Origin: Octopus bimaculoides
Taxonomy: Eukaryota
Direction: 5' to 3'
Assembly: GCF_001194135.2 (NCBI RefSeq)
Contig: NC_068987.1
Location: 92,674,588-92,738,587, forward strand
DNA length: 64,000 nucleotides
Notes under the pieces: generated by a model
Told to the model about the DNA's origin: nothing
The model's input: only the letters and a program-made list of their open reading frames with translations
Databases searched by the model: none
Shown here: piece after piece, positions 12,630 through 25,345 of the stretch
How the letters are laid out: each line of letters starts with the position of its first letter
Position numbering within the stretch: the stretch's first letter is position 1
Program-made: the position numbers and the translations under genes

Positions 12630-12742
12630 CGCTAGCTTCCCTCGGAGTAAAAAATAAGTACCAGTTGAACAGTAGGGTTGATGTAATCCACTTAACCTTA
12701 ACAAAGTAAGATGTGGCTTTACGCCAAAATTTGAAACCACTA
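12630..12742 (+). mobile_element. SINE family A, 3' fragment
   Basis: ttccctcggagtaaaaaataagtaccagttgaacagtagggttgatgtaatccactt...gccaaaatttgaaacc matches the 3' half of the family A copies. Confidence 0.6.
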
Positions 12743-13691
12743 TGTTACCTACTTTCGAAATGGTTTGGAAGCAGCATTCGGATTCATATTTTATTAGTTG
12801 GTTACCTAAGAAAGATCTGATTGAGCATTTGGCCGTCGAGTAAAACGAGACAGCAAGACAAATTGATTGAACATCAATAAACAACGTATCCAGGATGCTA
12901 TAATGCAATATCCGTAGTAATGATGTAGCAACTACCTGCCTGCTTCAAATAAATAAACTTAAAATTCACAGAAAATTTACGCAAAATATTTCACAATACA
13001 CATGTATACTCACCCAATCACTCGCTCGCACACTCACTCACTCACTCATTCACTCACACACGCACACACACACACATACACATTCAGACACCTAATCACG
13101 TAAATAACTACCTATTGTATTCGCATTTTACTATATTTGATAAATTCATCGTGTAATTCAAACTGATACCAGTGTGTGTCAAATATCTAATGGATAATGA
13201 ATATCTGAACAAATGTTTGTACAATGGGTATATGTCTATGTGTAGCTGTGTTTATTGTGCTCGTGCATGTGAATATGCGTACATATCGATCCATATATAT
13301 ATATANNNNNNNNNNNNNNNNNNNNNNNNNNNNNNNNNNNNNNNNNNNNNNNNNNNNNNNNNNNNNNNNNNNNNNNNNNNNNNNNNNNNNNNNNNNNNNN
13401 NNNNNNNNNNNNNNNNNNNNNNNNNNNNNNNNNNNNNNNNNNNNNNNNNNNNNNNNNNNNNNNNNNNNNNNNNNNNNNNNNNNNNNNNNNNNNNNNNNNN
13501 NNNNNTATATATATATAAACAGAGAGCGGGGTGCGGACGTTGATAGGGAGTAAATTGTTAAAATGAAGTCTTAATGAATCCTGTATCCTTATTGCGAAGT
13601 AAATAATGGAATGCCTCAGTTTTATGCAGCAACTAATTATCTTGAAGTTGAGCAGCCATCAAATGAATGCATGGCATAATATCAATGTTAA

Positions 13692-13867
13692 TGGTTTCCC
13701 ATTTTGGCACAACGACACCAATTTTGGTGAAGGGGGTTAATCAATGACACAGCTGGATAAAAGTCAAAGTCGACCTCGCCGGGATTTGAACTCAAAACGT
13801 AAAGATAGACGTAATACTGCTAGGCACTTTGCCCGGTGTACTAATGATTCTGCCTGCTCCCCGCCCT
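13692..13867 (-). mobile_element. SINE family A (tRNA-derived, Meta/MESC-like central domain)
   Basis: Reverse complement of the agctggcagaa...gagttcaaat...gaggtcgactttg module. Confidence 0.8.
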
Positions 13868-14916
13868 ACAGTATTAACATTATTGACGAAAAAGCGTATT
13901 GCATCGCACAGTTCTTGAGAAGCATAGGTCCGAAGCCGGTTTCAATTCCCTGTTGAATAACATCGTTCAAACAACAGATATTTTTTGGCAGATATCTGAA
14001 CCACTCATTTGTGTAGTTCAAAATTTATTCATGAGTTTGTAGATATGAAAATTTAAGATAGTTTGTCCATGGAATAGTGTGTGCATAGAATTTCATAGGA
14101 AAATTTGAGAAGTAGCATTCAGGGATACACACAGATACACAGATAGACACAAACACACACACACACATACACACACACACAAATACACACATACGCAGAC
14201 ATATACACACACACAAGCATACACAAACACAGAAGCAAATAGGAATAATGCTACTATTGTATAATCAGAATATCGGTGGAGATTTACTCTAACAATCAAA
14301 GAACGAACGCGTTCGTTATCGCAAGAACAGGAATAGTGAAAACCATATTTTTGTAAGAGACAGTAATGCACTTATTTCAAGAAAGATGTCAGCGCTGGGA
14401 ATGTTCAGATACAAACTCTGAACGAGATGTTGTGTTTATATTTGATATGTCTAAACAAAATGAGTTAAATATTAAATATCAATGTGTAACTGTATATATG
14501 ATACGTAACAAAAACATTGTGGATTTTGAAAACAATTGTAGCTTTTAACTTTCCTTTTTTATTTTTGTCCGTTGATAATAATTTCAGAAACCGGCTTACT
14601 TCATTCAGTTCAGTCAAAATAATTTCTCAATTTGAACATCTCAACATATCGAAAGATATGTATCAGTTAGGGAATCATTAATCAAAGCCTATAATGATTC
14701 AATCATTTGGTTCGGAAAAGCATGATGCCATCCTAAATGGAGGAAAGTAGTTGATAAGTTGAGCGTGTGTATGTGTGCGTGAGTGTATGTGTGTGTGAGT
14801 GTGTGTGTGCGTGTGTATGTGTGTGAGTGTGTGTGTGCGTGTGTTTTGTGTGTATGTTTGCGAATATAACTCGTTAGGATATCCTTTAATGTGTCATTGT
14901 AAATATAAAATAAGAG

Positions 14917-15149
14917 TTATTTCTTTACTACCAACAAGGGGCTACACACAGAGGGGACAAACAAGGACAGACAAACGGATTAAGTCGATTATACCGACTC
15001 CAGTGCGTAACTGGTACTTATTTGATCGACCCCAAAAGGATGAAAGGCAAAGTCGACCTCGGCGGAATTTGAACTCAGAACGTAGCGGCAGACGAAATAC
15101 CGCTAAGCATTTCGCCCGGTGTGCTAACGTTTCTGCCAGTTCGCCGCCT
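14917..15149 (-). mobile_element. SINE family A, near full length and least decayed copy
   Basis: Minus strand: aggcggcgaactggcagaaacgttagcacaccgggcgaaatgcttagcggtatttcg...gagttcaaattccgccgaggtcgactttgcctttcatccttttggggtcgatcaaataagtaccag; A/B-box-like motifs are present. Confidence 0.9.
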
Positions 15150-15309
15150 GAGAGTAATAAGTAAAGGTATCGGGCTTTGTACAAATGTCTCTTAATCCAT
15201 GCAGAGACTCGAATCTCGAATTTTCAACCGATGAAAACTTAATCGGAGTTATGTGCTTGGATATTTCGAACTTTTCAGTTACAGTGACTTCACCGAACAG
15301 ATATCGATC

Positions 15310-15650
15310 TTTTAGCTTTTACTAGTTTCAGTTATTAAACTGAGGCCTTGCAATTCTATCGGGCTCTTTTGATAAACTCGTTATTTACAAGGGCGTAAAC
15401 ACACGAACACCGGTTGTCTAGCGGTGGCGGGGGACAAATATAGATCACAAAGGCACACACAAACATACACACACATACACACATATACGACGTTCTTCTT
15501 TCACATTCCGTCTACCGTATTTAATCACGAGGCTGTAATCGCCCCTAAACTTTAGTAAATTACACTTGCCCAAAATGCCACTTAGTGGGACGCAACCCGG
15601 AGCCATATGATTTTCAAGCAAAGTTCTTACCACACAGTCATGCCTGCGCC
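15310..15650 (-). mobile_element. SINE family B (tRNA head, CORE-like domain, internal (TG)n, tail)
   Basis: Minus strand: aggcgcaggcatgactgtgtggtaagaac...ttttgggcaagtgt...gacggaatgtgaaagaag-(TG)n-...gacaaccggtgtt... Confidence 0.85.
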
Positions 15651-15757
15651 TAATTAATATTACGATCCTTCGCAGCTGCAGTGACGTCACGGATCAGGCA
15701 TCGATCTAATTACATATTTTCTGTAAATCATAGGCAACGCGCAGTCATTTTCCTCAC

Positions 15758-15906
15758 CTATGCAGGATTATACTTGTTGTGTCGACGTCCCCAGGCAAAG
15801 AAGTAGGATCTCTCAAGACATATGAATAGAGGTAGTACATGTAGGAGTGTTGTGTAGCAGTTGAGTAGCAGTTGTGTACCGGTTGAGTAGAGATCATCCG
15901 AAGGTG
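15758..15906 (-). CDS. Weak candidate exon (HLRMISTQPVHNCYSTATQHSYMYYLYSYVLRDPTSLPGDVDTTSIILHR)
   Basis: ctactgctatctag acceptor, 149-nt open frame, AG|GTGAGG donor. Confidence 0.2.
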
Positions 15907-17155
15907 CTAGATAGCAGTAGCTTGAGACATAACAATACTGATTAGAGACTGCATTTAATTCCAATGAATTTTTGGCTAAATGTAATTCTAAGTAAACAAA
16001 ACTACGGTCCAATCATGCTGAATAATCCGTTAGGAAAGGCTAAACCGATTCCTATGTGAGATGTTTCTATCACACAAACAAGAAGTCAGAAACTATATAT
16101 TAATATGTGAAACTAAAAAAAGACCATTTGAAAACCCAGAGCAAATGAAATTTAATTGATGAACATTAATTTAATGTTTGTTATGCGAATCTACATGGCC
16201 CTTATTTTGGATAAAAGCTCTCACGATTTTTTATGCACTTGTAATTCACTAGTGACACTAACACTGTATCCAAATGGATTTTAAAGCACTTAACAGTCTT
16301 CAACTGTGTGTTTCTATCTTGGGGGAAGAAGCTTAAAACACATTAATCCAGTTTCTATAAATGAAATAATCGCTCTAAAAGTGGCTTTATATTTCATAAT
16401 AGGTTGAAAATGTTATATGAATTCTGAAGGAAATATTGTTTTATTATAGCAAGTGCGTCACTACGACTCCTCAATTATTCGAAGAGAATGTGACAAAATG
16501 TTTATGAATATATTGCAGGTAAAGTGGAGGAATACAAAAATAATTAGTTGCCTCGGAAAGAATCTAATATAAAGTAATAGAAAAGAGAATGAAAACTTCT
16601 ACCGCATAAAGACCCTAATGGAATGTTATACTGAAAGGAAAAAAATCTATATCAAGAAAAGACTAAGACAACGATCTACTCCTGTTTAGCAATTTCCATT
16701 TTTAATAAGTTACTGTCCTAATGCTTAGTTTTCTATAGCTATTGTTAGATGATCTAGATATATACTTTGGTTAAATGATTACTACAGACTTGAGACAATA
16801 ATTCTTTGCGACTAAAACTGCCAGACACTAAGTATAGATATTATCAAAAAAATACTGATCGATAGAGTTACTGCATTATGTCTCACACGATATCTAAAAG
16901 ATTGATCTGACTATCTATCAGCCGATATCATCAGATATTCATCCGTTGGAGAGATGGCCTTAGAGCACAGCGATTGGCTGTTAATGTAAGCACAAGACGT
17001 AATGATAACATCGGTAAATAAAATGCATATGTCAACGACCACATAGAAAAACAAGAACATACACATTTATAGATATATGGAATTTTATTGTGTTGTGTGG
17101 GTGTTCTGAGCGAGCAACTTGAGAAGATACACACATAAGCAAACACACACACACA

Positions 17156-17157
<2 letters not shown>

Positions 17158-17210
<53 letters not shown>
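17158..17210. repeat. (ATCT)n microsatellite
   Basis: Direct reading. Confidence 0.95.
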
Positions 17211-17211
<1 letters not shown>

Positions 17212-17249
17212 AGCCTGCATGAATATGCGAGTGTGGTTGTGTGGATGTC

Positions 17250-17410
17250 CGTGGCCAGCTGATCAGAGTGTTGCACTCCCGATCGCTAGATCGTTGTTCC
17301 CATTCTCGGTTGGGCTGTCCTTGTATTCTTGAGCAAAAAACACATTATGTGCTGCTGCTCTGAGTTCCCTTCAATGAATGACAAGTAACATATTGCACGC
17401 ATGTACAAGT
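17250..17410 (+). mobile_element. Decayed tRNA/CORE-type SINE
   Basis: gtggccagctgatcagagtgttgcactcccgatc...gttcccattctcgg...ttcttgagcaaaaaacac. Confidence 0.55.
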
Positions 17411-17705
17411 AATTACCGAGTTGATCGAGGAGTTGAACTTATGTAAGGCACAAATATTTGGTGAGTATAAAGAAATCCTCTGTGAAGGTTGTTCAGCAAA
17501 ATATTGTGGACCCCTTCCCCGTCAGTCGTTTAAGATTGGAGAGTTAACGTTTCATGTATCTATGCATCTATGCATGTACACACACACACACACACACACA
17601 CATACACACACACACACNNNNNNNNNNNNNNNNNNNNNNNNNNNNNNNNNNNNNNNNNNNNNNNNNNNNNNNNNNNNNNNNNNNNNNNNNNNNNNNNNNN
17701 NNNNN

Positions 17706-17737
<32 letters not shown>

Positions 17738-18241
17738 TGTATGAATGTATAAATAGATAGATATATAGATAGACAGATAAAGAGATAGATCGATGGATAG
17801 TGTAAATAAATATCATTTTACCTAATGCTAAAAGTAAACACAACATAAATTATAAACAAAAAGAGAGATATCATATCATTGCTGGATCTGCTTAACACAG
17901 TCGCCATATTTCCATGAAATGATACCTTAATTTCTTAAATTAGGAAAAGAGATATGATATATTCTGTCTCTATATATAATGAAAGATATCTTAATACTAC
18001 AAGACTAACTATATTCATAGGCCAACTCGACAAGGGTTAACATAGGTTTAAACAGAAATGAAAGCAAGCGAAATGAGAAAAAACTGGTTTATTTTATACC
18101 AATCACCTCCTGAGCGTAGGGGAAGTTTTCTTTCAAAATATCGCGGTGTATTGCCCTAAAACGAAAAGGTCTTTTCTTCTTAAATTTTCCATGTAAGATT
18201 CAACCCGCAAACATCGGTCTTCGTTGTTTCGTTTTGAAATA

Positions 18242-18772
18242 CATGGTGACCCCAAAAATGCAGAACCCACAGATCGTTGAATAAAACTTTGAATAAAACT
18301 GTTTGAATAAAACTGTTTGAATAAAACAACGCAGATATAGAGATCGAGATGAACAGTAGTTCCAGCAAGACGGGGCCACCCGCCACATATCAAATTAATC
18401 CATATCCTGGCTGAGAGAGCAATTTCAGGAGAGACTGATCAGCAGGAATTGAGCCGTTGAGTGGGCACCGCATTCACTGGACTTGAACCCCTCAGCTTTT
18501 TATCTGTGGAGGTTTCTCAGGATAATGTTCACCGGAATAACCCTCACACGATTGGTGAACTGAAGGCAGCAATCAGAACAGAAATCAGGGAAAATCTCCA
18601 ACAAAGAATGTTCTCGAGTAATTGACAAATTTGCGCGACGTATGCAAGTGTTTGCGCGATGTGTACCACCTGCAGCATACTTTGAAACAAGCATGACTTT
18701 TATGCAAAGGGAATGATCGTACACAACCGAAGTTTAAGTCCAGCAAATTTCTTGAAATTTGCTGGACCTTTG
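18242..18772 (+). mobile_element. Internally deleted Tc1/mariner-superfamily element (C-terminal catalytic region)
   Basis: Translates as FQQDGATRH...SWLREQFQERLISRN...EWAPHSLDLNP...FYLW...DNVHRNNPHTIGELKAAIRTEI...RVIDKFARRMQV, matching the QQDGAxxH and WPxxSPDLNPxDFxLW motifs. Starts TA-catggtgacccc and ends ...ctttg-TA. Confidence 0.8.
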
Positions 18773-18986
18773 TAGGATTTAATAAAATTTCTATTGGATT
18801 CTGCTTGCGCTGTATATAATTGCAATTTTTAAAAGCTGTTTTTTGTCTTTTTTTTTTCAGCTAAGTATAAATGTAAAACGGTGTAAAATCACATTCTGCA
18901 AATTTAAAATAGAAAACTGATGATTAAAAAATAGGGAAGACACATCTAAAATTCAATATGCAATGATTTATTGTTGATGCACATGC

Positions 18987-19022
<36 letters not shown>

Positions 19023-19079
19023 ATAGACGCACGCACACACACAGACGCACACACACATACACACACGCANNNNNNNNNN

Positions 19080-19110
<31 letters not shown>

Positions 19111-19190
19111 GCAGCATAATTATTTTAAAATGTTGTATAAATTTTGTGTATTCGTGAACAATAAATGTAAATATTCATTTTTGCTGTAAA

Positions 19191-19375
19191 GGTAGCAAGC
19201 TAGCAGTTTGTTACCATGCCGGATAAAATGTTTCGCCGCATTTCTAAAGGCTATGCTTTGTGAGTTCAAATGTCGCCGAGATCGACATTGCCTTTACACA
19301 CTTTGCGAGTCGATAGAATAAGAACCTGTTACGCACTCGGCTCTATGCGATCGATAAACCCTCTCCCATATACAT
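19191..19375 (+). mobile_element. SINE family A, old copy
   Basis: agctagcagtt...gagttcaaatgtcgccgagatcgacattgccttt...gtcgatagaataagaacc. Confidence 0.75.
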
Positions 19376-20035
19376 ACAGTAGAGATACTTATTTATATTG
19401 TCGAAATGTGAAATCATGGCACACACAGTTTCGATATTTTACGTTCTGAGTTGTTCAAAGTCAAGAAACGTTAAATTGACCTTCCCTACGTGTCTGCTTC
19501 ATCAAATTAAGAATATCTAACGTGCTTGCATATATGAAACAGAATAACTAGATTTCCTTGCATTTTCCGACTTTGTGTCTAAAATAAAAAGTACTTTCTT
19601 TTCCAGACCATGACACATTTTTCTTTTAAAAGATAATTTGAACCACGACCTCAGAGACGTATACTCAGTTATACTGAGTATAGAAACATTTATAACTGTA
19701 TTATTATTATATCTATTATTATAACTACACGATTCAGAAACTACCCAGATGCTCACTCAAGAGCTTCTTAACCGCAAAATAACGATAGACAAAGTGAATA
19801 GAGAACAAAAAATAAGCCCAAAATCGATAAATTTCTTGGATTCATAGCGTTCAATGACATTTGGTAAAGCTTATCTTCAACAGCAATACAGGGTGTACAA
19901 TTGAAGAAAGAAAAAAATGAAAGCATTGTTATTAATATCAAAACAATACACTCACATAAGCAGAGAGACACGCTCCTATATTTGTATAACACACACATAT
20001 ATCTATAACGAAATGCATACACACACACACACACA

Positions 20036-20083
<48 letters not shown>

Positions 20084-20128
20084 NNNNNNNNNNNNNNNNN
20101 NNNNNNNNNNNNNNNNNNNNNNNNNNNN

Positions 20129-20166
<38 letters not shown>

Positions 20167-20337
20167 TGTAAATGTTAAGAGATTATTCTGAACGTCTAGC
20201 GGTTTGCTCGCAGTTAGATATTCAGAATAGTTTATTCAACAGTTAATATATGAATCCAATAATATTCTTACAAGATAAGAATTTAGAGATAATATATAAA
20301 CAGAATTAAAGGTTATGCTAAGTCACTTCGTCATAAT

Positions 20338-20454
<117 letters not shown>

Positions 20455-21225
20455 CCTTGATATATCTATACTATATATAAAACAGAGATGTGTGTGTAAT
20501 CGCTTTTCACGTGAAATCGACTTCACCAAATGCGTCCATACTTGTAATGCATGAATAATTTGACCTCGGATAAATCTTAGGCTCTTCATTTGATNNNNNN
20601 NNNNTTGTTTTAATTAAAAATAAATAATATTGCTTTATATTTAAGATTCACTTCTTTAAAAAGGTTCCTCAATGTCAACTTCCGATATTGACGTAACAAC
20701 GGCAAAAAGCTTCACTCTCTATTTTGTGTGTGAGTGTGTGTGTTCATGTGTATGAGAGAGAGAGAGAGAGTAAATACTACATACACACCGCTCTCTCACT
20801 CTGTCTCACACACATACACACGCACACACACACCCCTTGACTCACTCACACTCTGTCTCTTACAAACAAACACATACATAAATGTATACAAGCATATATA
20901 CAGACACACGTATATATACAAACATATTTACAAAGACACACGATAAATGCGCGCGCGCGTGCGTGCGTGGTTCGACAGTCGCCATTTATTTCAATTACTC
21001 TTGTGAGGATATTCACGTAAATCATTTTTTTCATTTAATCCCCATTTTAATTTTCGTAAAAGTTTCCAAGTACCAATGAGGCTTTTTGGCACATCTTCAA
21101 TTTTCCCCATTCATGAGAGGCGCCCAGCCATCATTCATCTGAGAGTCCATCTACAGAATGTCCTCAAATTTCTATACAGCATATTTTGCCTTTTTTTCTT
21201 CAAGTATATAAGCGACAATTTCATT

Positions 21226-21254
21226 CCCGAGCAACGCCGGGTGCCTCTGCTAGT
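21226..21254 (+). mobile_element. Helitron-type 3' terminus (GC-rich hairpin, then CTAG, then T)
   Basis: cccgagcaacgccggg hairpin followed 8 nt later by ctag|t, the canonical Helitron end. The 5' TC start was not located. Confidence 0.65.
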
Positions 21255-21309
21255 ATATTATAATATATGTGTGTGTATGCGTTTCTTTGTCAGTTAATTT
21301 TATCTGTCC

Positions 21310-22498
21310 TCTTTTCACTTTTACGTCTGGCACTGCGGCCATACTGTGGCAACGCCACAGAGAGTATTCAGTCGACCAAATCTTCTATAACAGTGCTTAT
21401 AGTATCGTACTCCGGCTATTTTTGGAGAGGTAAACAAACCAAAACTGGTTGTCAAGCGGTGACAGCTACAAACACAGATATGATGCATGTGTGTGTATAT
21501 GTATGTATGTATATATATATATATNNNNNNNNNNNNNNNNNNNNNNNNNNNNNNNNNNNNNNNNNNNNNNNNNNNNNNNNNNNNNNNNNNNNNNNNNNNN
21601 NNNNNNNNNNNNNNNNNNNNNNNNNNNNNNNNNNNNNNNNNNNNNNNNNNNNNNNNNNNNNNNNNNNNNNNNNNNNNNNNNNNNNNNNNNNNNNNNNNNN
21701 NNNNNNNNNNNNNNNNNNNNNNNNNNNNNNNNNNNNNNNNNNNNNNNNNNNNNNNNNNNNNNNNNNNNNNNNNNNNNNNNNNNNNNNNNNNNNNNNNNNN
21801 NNNNNNNNNNNNNNNNNNNNNNNNNNNNNNNNNNNNNNNNNNNNNNNNNNNNNNNNNNNNNNNNNNNNNNNNNNNNNNNNNNNNNNNNNNNNNNNNNNNN
21901 NNNNNNNNNNNNNNNNNNNNNNNNNNNNNNNNNNNNNNNNNNNNNNNNNNNNNNNNNNNNNNNNNNNNNNNNNNNNNNNNNNNNNNNNNNNNNNNNNNNN
22001 NNNNNNNNNNNNNNNNNNNNNNNNNNNNNNNNNNNNNNNNNNNNNNNNNNNNNNNNNNNNNNNNNNNNNNNNNNNNNNNNNNNNNNNNNNNNNNNNNNNN
22101 NNNNNNNNNNNNNNNNNNNNNNNNNNNNNNNNNNNNNNNNNNNNNNNNNNNNNNNNNNNNNNNNNNNNNNNNNNNNNNNNNNNNNNNNNNNNNNNNNNNN
22201 NNNNNNNNNNNNNNNNNNNNNNNNNNNNNNNNNNNNNNNNNNNNNNNNNNNNNNNNNNNNNNNNNNNNNNNNNNNNNNNNNNNNNNNNNNNNNNNNNNNN
22301 NNNNNNNNNNNNNNNNNNNNNNNNNNNNNNNNNNNNNNNNNNNNNNNNNNNNNNNNNNNNNNNNNNNNNNNNNNNNNNNNNNNNNNNNNNNNNNNNNNNN
22401 NNNNNNNNNNNNNNNNNNNNNNNNNNNNNNNNNNNNNNNNNNNNNNNNNNNNNNNNNNNNNNNNNNNNNNNNNNNNNNNNNNNNNNNNNNNNNNNNNN

Positions 22499-22530
<32 letters not shown>

Positions 22531-22703
22531 GACGGTCTCATTCCGATACCCGTCTACTAAATCCACTCACAAGGATTTGGTAGGCCTAATGTTATATTAG
22601 AAGATATTTGTCCAAGGTGCCACACGCAGTGGGATTGAACCCGGAAACACATAACCATGTGGTTGAGAGGCAAGCTTCTTACCACACTGCCAAGCCTGCG
22701 CCT
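21310..22703 (-). mobile_element. SINE family B with its central (TA)/(TG) tract expanded across a 974-N gap
   Basis: Head at 22531-22703 (aggcgcaggcttggcagtgtggtaagaagcttgc...ccgggttcaatcccactgcgtgtggcaccttggac) and tail at 21310-21480, on the same strand and in collinear order. Confidence 0.8.
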
Positions 22704-23575
22704 AAATATATATACATATATACATGCACTCACAACTTCGCTCACTACAGTTATATTACTATATACATATGAGTGTGCATCAACGTGCAAATCCCTAAAA
22801 GGAAACAGCAAGAGATGTCGTCACTCGCACATGGGATATTGCAAATTCTGCCGACTATGTTACACGAAAGTTTCCGCCGTGAATCATGAAAACTACAAAT
22901 GAGAAGGCAATTGACATTTGCAGAAGCACAAGATGTCACGGCATCAACAACATCCGGAGCGTTTTAACGTTCCATTGTTTATTCGCGCTTGTATGAAGTT
23001 CCTGTGCGCGATATTGATTATTGTGAAAGAAACATATATCGAAATACATTCGCTTGATAAGTATATCAGCTTGCCACTGCATATACATACATATANNNNN
23101 NNNNNATTAACCTTGCTTAATATATTATTCTCTACTTCACAAATATTCTGTATTCCCTGTACCTTCGTTAGTGCTCTGTTCAATATCTGGCACACACACA
23201 CACACGCGCACAAACGTATGGACCACTTAGAACTATAAATGTGCAAACAGATCCCAGTACTAAGATACCATACAGAAACGTCGAATGCAATTTCAATCTT
23301 AGTGACTTGTCGTAAAAACACAATATATTCACCAAAGTATATAGAAATTTTATTACTAAGTTATATTCAACATTCGATAAGATTTTAAAAGACACAGGAG
23401 ATTCTAATCCAACAACGAATGCAGTTTTGCTGTCGATTGAGAGACTATTCCACTGAGAGTGGGACAGACGCAGCAATCATTGCTGAGATATTAAACTTAA
23501 GACCCAAGTTAAGCATGGATGTGAATTTATGTAACCGAGTTATATATAGTGATCTATTACAAATTTATACATATT

Positions 23576-23720
23576 GGCGCAGGCATGGCAGTGTGGTTAA
23601 AAGCCGGGTTCAGTCCTGGTGCCTGGTTTCTTGGGCAAGTGTCTTTTGGTATAACCTCAGGCCGGCCAAGGGCTTGTGGGTGGACTTGGTAGACGCAAAC
23701 TGAAGGAAGCCCGTCGTGTA
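23576..23720 (+). mobile_element. SINE family B, 5' half
   Basis: ggcgcaggcatggcagtgtggttaaaagccgggttcagtcc...ttgggcaagtgtctt...gtagacgcaaactgaaggaagcccgtcg-(TA)n. Confidence 0.85.
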
Positions 23721-24229
23721 TATATACATATACATTCATATATATATNNNNNNNNNNNNNNNNNNNNNNNNNNNNNNNNNNNNNNNNNNNNNNNNNNNNN
23801 NNNNNNNNNNNNNNNNNNNNNNNNNNNNNNNNNNNNNNNNNNNNNNNNNNNNNNNNNNNNNNNNNNNNNNNNNNNNNNNNNNNNNNNNNNNNNNNNNNNN
23901 NNNNNNNNNNNNNNNNNNNNNNNNNNNNNNNNNNNNNNNNNTATATATAATATTAGGGACAAAATCCAAAATTACAGGTAAAAAACTCAATTAAAATCAA
24001 TTTATAAAAAATTAAAATTAAATTGAGCCTTATAGATAAAGTATATATAAAATATATAGTTTTAAGGAAAATAACCAATTTTCAAGAACTCATCGATGAA
24101 AATCCACTATCACATATAGAATAATTAATAATTATATGCACAATAAATGAGTATAATATAAAGTAAAATAAATATCATAAGATAAATATAATATAATATA
24201 ATATAATAATATATATATATATATATATA

Positions 24230-24800
24230 CATGTTTCTTTATTGGATGTTTATTTTTCTGTCATACTTTCGTACATATGTTTAATTGTAAAAGTTTAAAA
24301 TTTCGTGTCTGAGTTCCTCTCTAAATACTCATTGAAATCAAGGTATTTGTTGTTGGTGAATTATCCTTCTTTTTCTCACTGCTCTGTGTATTTAGTAATA
24401 ATACTTTTTGCCACGTACACAGTATATTATGACATAAACATTTTGAGAAGCATGTGAATTAACATTTTCTTTTATAAATTTACTCGCTATAATCAGAATT
24501 AGCCGCCCCTTAATATATTAATTCAGATCATTACGCAATAAGATTTTCAACACTTTTAAGTGTCACGGCTCCTACAATACTAGTAGGTATTTGGGTACAT
24601 CTTAAATTTTTCCTTAATAAATATGGATATTTTTCGAAATTAAATATTTTGCGTTTCTAGAGTATTTCCTGCTTCTGGAGTCACGTCTTGTATTACATAT
24701 TATTTTATTAGACTTTTTCCTGTACACTTTAGAAAAATTGAATTTTATTCTTGATATTATTTATGAGAACCTTAAATTCAGGAGGTCAATTCGAGCTTTC
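24230..24800 (-). mobile_element. Possible very old Penelope-like GIY-YIG relic
   Basis: A minus frame contains CHNILCTWQKVLLLN (compare CxLCxxEKxxIL) in an extremely AT-rich block. Heavily decayed. Confidence 0.25.
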
Positions 24801-24841
24801 ATTCTATAAATAATTTAAAAGATGTCAGAATATCATTTCCA

Positions 24842-24910
<69 letters not shown>

Positions 24911-25039
24911 TGAGAGAGAGAGAGAGAGAGAGAGAAGGAATGTGTTTATATGTGTGCGTGTGTGTGTGCGTGTGTGTGTATGTATGTGTTAGATAAAAGA
25001 GATTACACAATCCAGGCAGATATCAATAAAACACATTCA

Positions 25040-25208
25040 GTTTGTAAGAGTTTGGTTAACAATATCCAATATTATTTACATTTGACGGATATTTGTCCTC
25101 ATCTTGTTTCTTTTTAACATAACATTACGACTGATATACCCTCCAGCCTTCATCAGGTGTTTTGGGGAAATTTCGAACCTGGGTTCTCATTCCTAAGGTA
25201 TTTTTCGA

Positions 25209-25279
<71 letters not shown>

Positions 25280-25345
25280 TCCCTGCCTGGAATCGAACTC
25301 ACAATCTTGGGGTTAGTAGCCCACGCTCTTAACCACTGCCAGCAA
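25040..25345 (-). mobile_element. Composite element: tRNA-like head, (AAT)n, then a Penelope-type terminal segment carrying a hammerhead motif
   Basis: Head gcagtggttaagagcgtgggctactaaccccaagattgtgagttcgattccaggcaggg at 25277-25340; (AAT)n at 25210-25275; then ...aacacctgatgaaggctggagggtatatcagtcgtaatgttatgtt... Confidence 0.7.
25116..25161 (-). ncRNA. Degenerate minimal type-I hammerhead ribozyme motif
   Basis: aacac-CUGAUGA-a-ggctg[loop]cagtc-GUAA-UGU-U-augtt. The core and stems I and II are recognisable; GAAA is mutated to GUAA and the ACGU palindrome to AUGU. Confidence 0.55.

Noticed and set aside
14302-14317. Perfect 16-bp palindrome aacgaacgcgttcgtt
   Set aside because: Isolated, with no associated structure; could arise by chance or local repair.
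18288-18327. CRISPR-like short repeats (also 25784-25816, 43026-43080, 44770-44805)
   Set aside because: Only two to four adjacent copies with no unique regular spacers, in eukaryotic context; these are slippage duplications.
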